Below, in pieces: positions 25,001 to 36,500 of a stretch of DNA of 64,000 nucleotides (positions within the stretch are counted from its first letter, which is position 1; the number at the start of each line of letters is the position of its first letter). Where the stretch lies: the NCBI GenBank assembly GCA_017654855.1, contig CM030338.1, positions 62,001 to 126,000 of the forward strand, written 5' to 3'. Below the pieces are notes generated by a model. It was given only the letters and a program-made list of their open reading frames with translations. It was not told the origin of the DNA and did no database searches. Position numbers and translations under genes: made by a program. This DNA comes from Podospora anserina (Eukaryota).

Positions 25001-27837
25001 ATTCTTAAAAAATAATTATTACTTTTTTTTACCCTCTTTTTTTATTAAATTAAAAAGGAATTACTTAAAGTAAAAAAAAATAATTATATATTTAAAATTT
25101 AAAAAATTTTTTTTAAAATATTATAAAGTAATTTAATAAGGGAAAAAAATATTATAATAAATATTAATATTTTTAAGTATAGTAAAATCGTAAACGTAAG
25201 TAAAACGCCGAACCTAAACATACTTTTTATAAATAATATTTTAATTATTAAAAGTACGGGTAAAATCGGTGGGATAATAAATAAAAGTAATAAATAAAAA
25301 CTTTTAAATAAAGTTTATAATAATTTCGGATTAATTATATATAATAAAATTAAAAAAACTTTCGATTTAATTAAAAAGTTTTTTAACGAAAAAGGTTATA
25401 AATATTTAAATAATAAAATCGTTAACCGTTTAATCGGATAAAGTAATAGGTTTTTTTTAAAAAAAGGTTATTAGGAGGAAGCGATTAATAAATATTAAAA
25501 AAGATAAGGAATAAATAGGAATAAAGAGAATTAATATAGGTATTTATAATTAAAAAATAAAATAGTACAATTAATCCTATAAACCTTTATAAAAAAAAAT
25601 TTATTAAAATATTTTTTTTTAAACGGTTTACGTAATTATTTAATAATTTTACTTTATAAATTAAGTAAATAATAAAGAATAAAGATTTACTAAAGACTTT
25701 TTTTTTTTTTTAATTTTTTATTTTAAAAAGAATTTTTTATTTCCTTCTTAATAACTTTTTAATTATAAATTATATTATATATTATTCCCTTTTAATTTTT
25801 ATAAAATTTATTTATAATATATTATAAAAAAAATTTATTATTATTAAAAAATTCGGTCCTTTTAATAATCTTATTAAAGAAATTATTCGGAAAACGCGTT
25901 TTTAAAGTATCGATAGGGTTTATAACTTTAATTTTTTATATAATATTTTTTCTTTTTAAAATAATAATATTTTTTAATTTATTCGTTTTAGCTTTAATTT
26001 AGTTACTAACTTAAGAAATTATATTATAAGAAAGTAATTTAATTAAATTAATATTACTTTTATAAAATAATTTTCGATTAATATTATTAAATATTTTTTT
26101 TTTAATTTAAAAATAACGACCCTCTTTAATTAAATTTATATTTATAGTATTTATATAGTTTCCTTTATTTATATTATATATAACCTTTAAAATTAATTAA
26201 AAACTAAATAATAATTTATTAATTTAGTCTTTACTTACGCTTTTCAATATTTTTTTTAAAAAATCTTTAAATATTATATATAGATCCCTAAAAAGCCTTT
26301 AAACCTTATTATAATAAAGTTATTAATATATTTTTTTTTATTTAATAATAATTATAATATTTTTAATTAACGATATTAAATTTTCTTTATTTATATTAAT
26401 AATAGAAATTATTAAATAATAAATATTTATAATATTATTATTAATATTTTAATTTATATAATTTCGTTAAAAGATTAAAAAGGATATTAAATTAATATTA
26501 TTTTTTATTTAATATTTTATATTTATTATACTTTTTATTATAGTTTTAATATAAAAGTAAAGAGGTTAATTTATAATAAATAAGGTAAGGCGTAGGAATA
26601 TAGTTTTTAAATTTTAAAGTATTATTATATTTATTTTTAAAAAGGTATTTTATATAATAAAAAAAAAAATTTAACGGTAGTAAAAGCTTAAAGAAAAGAT
26701 TATTATTATAAAAATTATAAAACCGTAAATATTATAAAGAAAAAAATAATAAAGTTATAAATAATTTATATAAAAAGGTTTTTAAGTTATAAATTTAATT
26801 AAAGGGTACGTAATAAAAAATAAAAAAGGAGGGGCTTAAAGGATTTAATAAATATAAAAGGATTTAACTTATTAAATACCCTTTTATTTTTTTTTAAATC
26901 TTTATTAATTTTTTAATTTATTTTTTTCTTTAATTCTCCGTTAACTTTAATTATTACTATTAAAAAAAATAAATATATTATAGGTTTTCCTTTTAATTAT
27001 AAAGGGTTTAAATTAAATAATATATCGAATAATTTTTAATAATTAAATAAAGTAATAACTCTTTTTAAATTCCGTACTTTTATAATAATAAATTTACTAT
27101 TCATTTTAAAGCCTATAATTACTTATCCCTTTACTTATAATTATTTAAAATCGTTAATAATATACTTTTCGCTTAATTATATATTTAGTTTTATAAAATA
27201 AAAATAAATTCCTAAAGTTCTTTAAAAATAAAGGAAGGAAATTATTAGGTTATTAATTATGATAGTTTAATAGGGACGGAAATATACTTTAAAATCCGAG
27301 AAATAAAGGTATTTTTCTTTTTAATTAAAGAAAAATAAATAAAGGGATAGTAAGATTATATTATTTTCCTTTTTTTTTATTAAATAATATTTTTTTTTTT
27401 TAATTTATAAAGGATTTTTTTCTTATATACGTATTTATTTATTAATTTATAATAATTAAATGCGAAAGGAGGTTTAGTTTGGGGTACGGTTATAAGCCTA
27501 AAAATATAAATAAAAAAGCGAGGCTTTTAAAGGATTTAGGGGTTTAGGGGTTATATATATAAGCGGTTTACTTCGGATATTCTATTTTAGATAGAATATC
27601 GACTTTTATTTTTCTTTTCGTATTTTATACTTTGCACGCGTGCAGGCAATTCTAGCCCTCTAATCAGGCCAATCCGGTGCTTATTATATAGCCTGCGAGC
27701 CTATAGTGTCTTTTCTTTATCCTACTTAAAGTGCGGCTTGCGAGCGAGTTACTGTTACGTAAGTGTGTTCATTCTAAGACCTGTTAAGGGTATATTTGTA
27801 GTATTGTGGTTGTTTTGTGTGTTTTCTTACTATTTTA
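16011..27837 (+). mobile_element. Large Ty3/gypsy element, copy D2 (uninterrupted, 11827 bp)
   Basis: LTRs at 16011-16373 and 27475-27837. TSD TTAC at 16007-16010 and 27838-27841. PPT GAAAGGAGG at 27464-27472. Confidence 0.95.
16950..24200 (+). pseudogene. D2 gag-pol (boundaries approximate)
   Basis: De-RIPed motifs: zinc knuckle CFWCGKIGH-x6-C at ~18337, protease L(D)x(G)SE(C)NLI at ~19630, RT YL(DD)IxVKG at ~21546, RNase H FGVxFxVETD at ~22225, integrase V(D)GGx(E)FK at ~23162. Confidence 0.85.
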
Positions 27838-28243
27838 TTACTTTTAGGTTTCCGATATTTTAAATTAAATTAACCCGGAAATCCTTATAATTATTTATTA
27901 TTAATAAATAATATATTAGGAGGATTCCTCTTAATTAAAAATAAAAAAGGACTTTAATAATTAACGCGGAAATAAGGTTTATTAATAAACTAATTTTAAT
28001 TAATATTCTTAATTTACTTCCCGGTCTTATCCGGACTATATACTTAATTCTTTATTCGCGAATAAAAAATTTAAAGTTTAGTCGATAATAAAAAAATTTT
28101 ATTCGATTAAACGGAAAAAAATTATTTCTATTAAACTTCGTAGGGTTTAATAAAGTTATCGGTACTTATTATCGTTCGTAGCTTCGTACTTCCTTTAATA
28201 CCTAAAGCTTATAAATCTAATTTAGACCCTAAGCTTTACTTAA

Positions 28244-28260
28244 CCCGGGCACGACCTCCA
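28244..28260 (-). other. Primer-binding site of D1, probably tRNA-Gln
   Basis: Minus strand TGGAGGTCGTGCCCGGG, 2 nt inside the 5' LTR, complementary to a tRNA end ...CCCGGGCACGACCU-CCA. The ACC-U acceptor end fits fungal tRNA-Gln (from memory). Confidence 0.75.
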
Positions 28261-28799
28261 TTTAAAATAGTAAGAAAATATATAAAATAACTATAACACT
28301 ATAAATATACCCTTAACAGGTCTCGAAATAAACATACCTACGTAATAGTAACTCGCTCGTAGGCCGCACTTTACGTAAGATAAAGAAAAGACACTATAGG
28401 CTCGTAGGCCATATAATAAGTACCGGATTGGCCTGATTAGAGGGCCAGAATTACCTACACGCGTGTAAAGCATAAAATACGAAGAAAAGAATGAAAGTTA
28501 ATATCCTATCTAAAATAAAATGTCCGAAGCAAACCGCTTATATATATAACCCCTAAACCCTTGAGTCCTTTAAGAGCCCCGCTTTCTTACTTATATTTTT
28601 AAGCCTATAGCCGCACCCTAAACTACTATAGACTTTCTACTATTATAACCACAACCCTAGGCTAATACTTTTAGGCTAATCGTCGACTTACAGCACTATA
28701 CTATAGGCTGTACGGCTTCCGAGAAGCCTATTTACTAACCTATATAATTATTTTCCACTAAATCCTCGCCTTTACTATAGCTAACTAGCCTATAGATTA

Positions 28800-30599
28800 A
28801 GACTACTTAAGTATTATAGAGGCTACTAGCCCTATAGTATAGGCCTTATAGGCCCGTATCGACACTATTAAGGATAGGCTTCGGCAGGTTATATTACTAC
28901 TTAAAGCTTAGGCTACTAAATAACCAGTAGCTATACCGGCTACCTACACTACCGAGCCTCCCGTAGCTCCAGCTGCTTCAGTACCTTCAGCACTTATTAT
29001 AGAGCCTTTTACAGCGACTTTCAGCACACTTACTACAAAAGAGCTCGCTAAACAGTCCCTGAACCTCGCTAAATAATAGCGCCTTTTAGGACCCGATAAC
29101 TACTAATAGTAGCACCAAGCTATTTCTATATAATTTAGGGCCCTTAGAATACCTAAATTTCTGGAAAATCCTAATTCGGTAAACGCCCGGCTTTCTGACC
29201 TATAGAAGGCAGCCCTGCTATTAACCCTTAGAAATATACTAAAGGAAGGCCCGTTATCCACTATAGCTTTCGAAACCGACCCCGTTGTGGCCTATAAGCG
29301 CCTTCGCTCACAGTACGCTCCGGCGCAGCCTACCCTCCGAGACGAGCTATATAAGGCTTACTACTACTTATAATTCGATAGGTTTATACCTATCGTGGAT
29401 TTTAACGCCCAATTTAATACCTACGTAAGTAGGCTCGGGGCCTTAGGCGTTAAAATAGCCTAAATCGACTAACTAAACTACTATTTTAACGTACTGGAAA
29501 ACTATTTTCTACAGTGGGCCGAGCGCTGTAAAGGCCTACTTCGGTAGGAGCAATAGCTTTACCATACAGAAGGTAAGCCTACTAGGCTAAGCCTTTTGTA
29601 TTTCTAGAAAGACTTTTTAGCTGAAACCCGTAATTCGGCTACTTCCACTGCCTACTAACTACAAGCCCTATAGGCTACCTACAAGCCTATTAGTAGCGAA
29701 AAGAAGCCTAACTTTCAGGCTTCTTAAGCTTACCGGTCCTCACTAAATAAGGACCAAAAGCCCTATAAAAAACAGGGCAATAAGCAGTGGAAGAAAGGCC
29801 TGAAAAAGGACGACCGCTGTAACGACCGCTGTAACGGCCGCAAAGACGGCCGTAAGGACAGTCGCAAAGACGACCGTAAGGACTAAAAGGACCTACTCGC
29901 TACCGAAGCCTTTACTATAGGCTACGACCTTAACTTAGGCACTGTATTTAGAAGTAATATAATTAAAGAATATAGCGACTTAAGGCCTAATTTTCCCGAA
30001 GAATAGCTTAAATTTAGCTACTTAACCGCTACACCACGTACCTAGTGGCTCTTCGATATAGGCTCTACAGTACATATCTGCAATAATAAAGCTTTATTTA
30101 CTAACTTACAGTTCTCTTCTTCCCTAAACTATGTTGGTATAGGCGGTAGCCTAGTTAAGCCACAAGGCAAAGGCACTATAGAAGTTAAATTCTTTAGTGG
30201 TTTTAAGGGCAAAAAAGCGGTATATACTACTGTAGCCTTTAAGGAGACCCTCTATATTCCAGACTTTCCACTAAATATAGTTAGTGGTCACAGGCTCTAC
30301 GCCTCCGGTGGGACCCTTCTTAAGGACCGCCTATATTCGGCTTTTAGGAAGCTACTGGCCCTCCTTAACTTTAAAAAAAATAAGTTCTTTTTTACTACTA
30401 AAACCACGGTTCCAGCTAAAATAAAGTATTTAACGCTACAAGCATACGGCTCTATTTGGTGCTACAGCACTGAAGATAGCGATTCAGACCCTAAATTAAC
30501 CACCATTACGCCTGAATTTCCAGCTACTACAGCGCTTACCACAGCGCTTACCACAGTGCCTACCACAGCGCCTATCACAGCGCCTAAACTAACTACTAT
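28800..30599 (+). pseudogene. Copia C gag and protease (start approximate)
   Basis: LNLAK(QQ)RLLGPDNY(QQW)HQAISI at ~29060 and protease WLFD(T)GSTVHICNNKALF at ~30046. Confidence 0.88.
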
Positions 30600-33500
30600 T
30601 AGTTTAGGGTACGGCTATAAGCCTAAAAGTATAAGTAAGGAAGCGGGGCTTTTAAAGGACTTAGGGGTTTAGGGGTCATATATATAAGCGGTCTACTTCG
30701 GATATGCTATTTTAAACAGGACATCGACTTTTATTCTTTTCTTCGTATTTTGTGCCTTACACGCGTGCAAGCAATTCTGGCCCTCTGATTAGGCCAATCC
30801 GGTGCTTATTATGTGGCCTGCGAGCCTATAGTATCTTTTCTTTATTCTACGTAAAGTGCGGCCTGCGAGCGAGTTACTATTACGTAGGTATGTTTATTCT
30901 AAGACTTATTAAGGGTATATTTATAGTGTTATAATTGTTTTATATATTTTTTTACTATTTTAAATAAAGGTCGTGCCCGGGTTAAATAAAGTTTAGGGTC
31001 TAAATTAAATTTATAAACTTTAGGTATTAAAGGAAGTGCGAAGCTACGAATAATAATAAATATTAATAACTTTATTAAACCCCGTAAAGTTTAACGGAAA
31101 CGATTTTTCTCCGTTTAATTAAATAACGCTTTTTTATTATCGATTAAACTTTAAATTTTTTGCTCGCGAGTAGAGAATTAAATATATAGTCCGGATAAAA
31201 CCGAAAAATAAATTAAAAGTATTAATTAAAATTAATTTATTAATAAATTTTATTTCTATATCAACTATTAAAGTCCTTTCTTATTTTTAATTAAAAGGAA
31301 TCCTTTTAATATATTATTTAATAATAATAAATAATCGTAAGGATTTCCGGATTAATTTAATTTAGGATATCGGGAACCTAAAAATAAAGAGACGAAAATA
31401 CTTTCCTTTTAATCTAAATAAATATAATTTATACCTATATATTAAAGTTATAAAGAATAACCGTTTTTATATTTTTAATAATATATATAAAAAAAAAATT
31501 ATATTATTAATATAAATATAATAATAATTATTAAGTATCGATATATTTAATAATATTTTATTTATTATTTCGGTTAATTTTCCCGGTAATAATTAAAGGT
31601 ATTAAGCTCTTACGGCTTATTCCGTAATAAAAATAATTATTTCGGCGGTTAGGTCTCCGGAATTATTATTATTTATTTTTTTTTTAATTATAAACCGCGC
31701 TTACCTTAAAGATATTAAGACCTTTCGCCCCCTTTTTAATTAAGGTAGCCCGATTATAAAGCTTAACGTTCCTAACGTACTAAATAAATTTTATACTTAT
31801 TTAAATTTTATTATTTAGAATTATATTACGCTTCCCACTCAATATACTAAATATCCCGCTCCTCTTCCTAAATTTATATATTAATTTTAATAACCCGGAT
31901 ATTTATATTTTATAAGAGTTTACTCCGATTATCGTTACTTTTAAGGGTCCCTTACGTTTAATTATTTAACCCCTTATTCTATAATATTTATATATTTTTT
32001 TTAACGTAAATTCCTTAATTTAAAGAAAGTTAGTTTTAAAAGTAATTTTAAAGGGAAATACTTTATAAAATATTTAAAGCGTTTCAAAAATATTTATAAA
32101 AAATATTATATTATAAAATTTATTTTTTACGTTTATAAGTTTAAACTTTAATATAACTTTAATATAAAAAAATAAATTAATAAATATATAAATTTACTTA
32201 TATTTACCGATATTTAATTTATTTTAATTATTTATTTTAAATATTTTTTTAAAATTTATAATCCCTAATAAAATAAAAATATTTATAAAAAGTTAAATAA
32301 TTTTTATATTAAAATTATTTTTAAAGGTATAAGCAAGTTAAAAAAAGTTATTTTTAATTACTTTAAACTATTTTTTCGAGTATCGATTAAAGAGAAAAAA
32401 ATAGTAAGAGTTAAGGTTATTAACCGTTTTTAAATAAAATTTTCCGAATTAATAAAAATAATTTTTATTAATCGAGGAAAATCCAAACGTTATTTAAGAT
32501 TTATAAATTTTATTATTTAAAACGATTAAATTAATAATATAATCGAAAATAAATATAACGTAGGAAAAAAAATTTATAAGGAAAATAAATTAATTATTAT
32601 ACCCTCCTTTATTACTTTTAATTAGGCGGCCGAAATACTTAATTAATATATAACGGTTAACGCTATAGTAAATAAAGAAATAATATTATAGTATTTAAAA
32701 ATAAATATTTATAATAGTTTCTTTATACCGGAAAATAATAAATTTAGAATAATAAGGATCCGCGTTTAATATTTAAAAAACTAAATATTTTATTTTTTAG
32801 ATTTTAGTATTAGTTTTAATAAGGAAATAGATTTATTTTTTAATACTTTCCCTATTATTAATATTAAAATTTAGTTCGGAAAATTAAAAGGGTAGTACTA
32901 CGATAGTCCTTTCCTATTAAAAAAATATTTTTAGTATAATAAAATTAATTATTATATTAAATTAACGGAGTATCCGAAAAAAGAATATAATAAAGTGTAA
33001 GGATTATATTATATTAAAGGAAGTAAAATATATATTAGTAAGAAAAAGTAGCCGGAAAGTAAAAAAACATAATTTAATTAAAAGGATATAAGGAAAGTAT
33101 AGCGTAAAGGGAAGGTTAGTAATTTAATTTATATTATAATTTTATTAAAATTAAAATTAAATAGGGCCTATAAAGTTTATACGAAATAGGTTAAGTATTA
33201 AGAAATTTATAAGGGTAAGAGATATAAGCCCGAAATTTTTTTAATTAAAGGGAGGGAGTAAATAACTATTTAAATAATTAAGGCTATAAATATTAAGTTA
33301 AATAAGTTTTATAAATACTTTAAACTTTATATACTGTTTAACGAGAATTTAATTAATAATTATATTATTAAAAATATTTTATAACGCTATTTAATAAAAA
33401 AATAATCGTTTAAAAGTATTTTAAAGTACTTTAATAATACTTTAATAGTCGTTTATAATTAAAAGGTAGAAATAGGGGTAAGCGCGTAAGGAGCGAAGAG

Positions 33501-36500
33501 AGTAAGGATTAAGGATTTATCGAAAAAGGATATAGATAACTTAACTTTAACCGAAAATCCGAAAATAGTATTTACCTTTATATAAAAGAAATTAAAAGTA
33601 ATTAAAGAGGGAGTTTTATTTAATTAGGGGGATAGAGTCCGAAGTAATTTAAAGTTACTTAATAATAAAGTAAAGGATTTTAAAAATTATATTATTAAAA
33701 AAATTAAAAAATATATTTATAATTAAATTAAATTTATATTAAAAGAGTATTATAGGGTTTTATTTATATTTATTTACCGGTTAATAAATTACGTAAAAAG
33801 TATAATTAAAAATATTAAAGTAATTAAATAACGTAAATTTTTTAAAAGTACCCCGGATAAAAAGAGAAAAGTTTTATAGAAAGGAAAAGTTTTATTATTA
33901 ACGGTTTAAATAAATTTTTAAACGATTAAATATAATAAAACTCCTTTATTTAATTAAAGAAAGATTATTTTTATTTTATACTGAAATAGTAAGAAAACAC
34001 ACAAAACAACCACAACACCACAAATATACCCTCAACAGGTCTCAAAATAAATATACCTGCGTAACAGTAACTCGCTCGCAGGCCGTACTTTACGTAGGAC
34101 AAAGAAAAGACACTATGGGCTCGCAGGCCACATAATAAGCACCGGATTAGCCTGATTAGAGGGCCAGAATTGCTTGCACGCGTGTAAAGCATAAAATATA
34201 AAGAAAAGAATAAAAGTCGATATCCTATTTAAAATAGAATATCCGAAGTAAACCGCTTATATATATAACCCCTAAACCCCTAAGTCCTTTAAGAGCCTCG
34301 CTTCTTTATTTATATTTTTAAACCTATAGCCGTACTTTAAATTAAACTTCCCTTCGTATTTAATTATTATAAATTAGTAAATAAATATATATATAAGAAA
34401 AAAATCCTTTATAAATTAAAAAAAAAAAAAATATTATTTAATAAAAAGAAGGGAAAACGATATAATCCTACTATCTTTTTATTTATTCTCCTTTAATTAA
34501 AAAAAAAAATATTTTTATTTTTCGGATCTTAAAATATATTTCCGTTCTTATTAAACTATTATAATTAATAATTTAACGACCTTTTTCTTTTATTTTTAAA
34601 GAACTTTAAAAGCCTACTCCTATCCTATAAAATTAAATATATAATTAAACGAAAAATATATTATTAACGATTTTAAATAATTATAAGTAAGGGGATAGGT
34701 AATTATAGGTTTAAAGAAAGGCGGCGAGTTTATTATTATAGGAGTATAGAACTTAAAAAAAATTATTATTTTATTTAATTATTAAAAATTATTTAATATA
34801 TTATTTAATTTAAACCTTTTATAATTAAAAGAAAAACCTATAATATATTTATTTTCCTTAATAATAATAATTAAAGTTAACGGAAAACTAAAAAGGGAAG
34901 TAAATTAAAGAATTAATAGAGATTTAAAAAAAATAAAAAGGTATTTAATAAATTAAATCCTTTTACATTTATTAAATTCTTTAAACCCCTCCTCCTTTAT
35001 TTTTTATTATATATCCTTTAATTAAATTTATAATTTAAAAACTTTTTTATATAAATTATTTATAATTTTATTATTTTTTTTTCCGTAACGTTTATAGTTT
35101 TATAGTTTTTATAATAATAATTTCTTCTTTAAACCTTTATTACTATTAAATCCTCTTCTTTACTATATAAAATACCTCCCTAAAAGTAAGTATAGTAATA
35201 CTTTAAAACCTAAAAACTATATTCCTATACCTCGCTTTATTTATTATAAATTAACTTCTTTACTTTTACGTTAAAGCTATAATAAAAAATATAATAAATA
35301 TAAAATATTAAATAAAAAATAATATTAATTTAATATCCTTTTTAATCCTTCGACGAATCTATATAAATTAAAATATTAATAGTAACGTTATAAATATTTA
35401 TTACTTAATAACTTCCGTTATTAATATAAATAAAAAGGATTTAATATTATTAATTAAAAATATTATAATTATTATTAAGTAAAAAAAAACGTATTAATAA
35501 TTTTATTATAATAAAGTTTAAAAGTTTTTTAAAAATCTATATATAACGCTCGAGGATTTTTTAAAAGAAATATTAAAAAATATAAGTAAGGACCGAATTA
35601 ATAAATTATTATTTAACTTTTAATTAACTTTAAAAGTTATATATAGTATAAATAAAGAAAGTTATATAAATACTATAAATATAAGTCCGATTAGGGAAGG
35701 TTATTATTTTTAAATTAAAAAAAAAATATTTAATAATATTAATCGAAAATTACTTTACGAAAATAATATTAATTTAGTCGGGTTACTTTCCTATAATATA
35801 ATTTTTTAGGTTAGTAATTAAATTAAAATTAAAATAAATAAATTAAAAAATATTATTATTTTAAAAAAAAAAAATATTATACGGGGGACTAGAACTATAA
35901 ACCTTATCGATACTTTAAAAGCGCGCTTTCCGAATAATTTCTTTAATAAAATTATTAAAAGGGCCGAATTTCTTAATAGTAATAAATTCTTTCTATAATA
36001 TATTATAAATAGATTTTATAAAAAATATTAATAATATTATTTTATAAAAATTAAAAGGGAATAATATATAATATAATTTATAATTAAAGGATTATTAAAA
36101 GGAAAGTAAAAATTTTTTTTAAAATAAAAAGTTAAAAAAGGAAAAAAGTTTTCGGTAAGTTTTTATTCTTTATTATTTATTTAATTTATAAAATAAAATT
36201 ATTAAATAATTATATAAACCGTTTAAAAAGAAAAAAGTACTTTAATAAGTCTCCTTCCTATAAAGGTTTATAAAATTAATTATACTATCCTATCCTTTAA
36301 TTATAAATACCTATATTAATTTTCTTTATTCCCGTTTACTCCTTATTTTTTTTAATATTTATTAACCGCTTTTTTTTAATAGTTTTTTCTTTAAAGAAAC
36401 CTATTACTTTATTTAATTAAACGGTTAACGATTTTACTATTTAAATATCTATAACCTCTTTCGCTAAAAAACTTTTTAATTAAATTAAAAAAGTTTTTAA

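Larger units (their letters stand above)
4943..28625 (-). mobile_element. Large Ty3/gypsy element, copy D1 (~11.85 kb; interrupted by D2)
   Basis: 363-bp LTRs at 4943-5305 and 28263-28625. 4-bp TSD TTAC/CTAT (inferred CTAC). Internal sequence is the reverse complement of D2. Confidence 0.93.
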
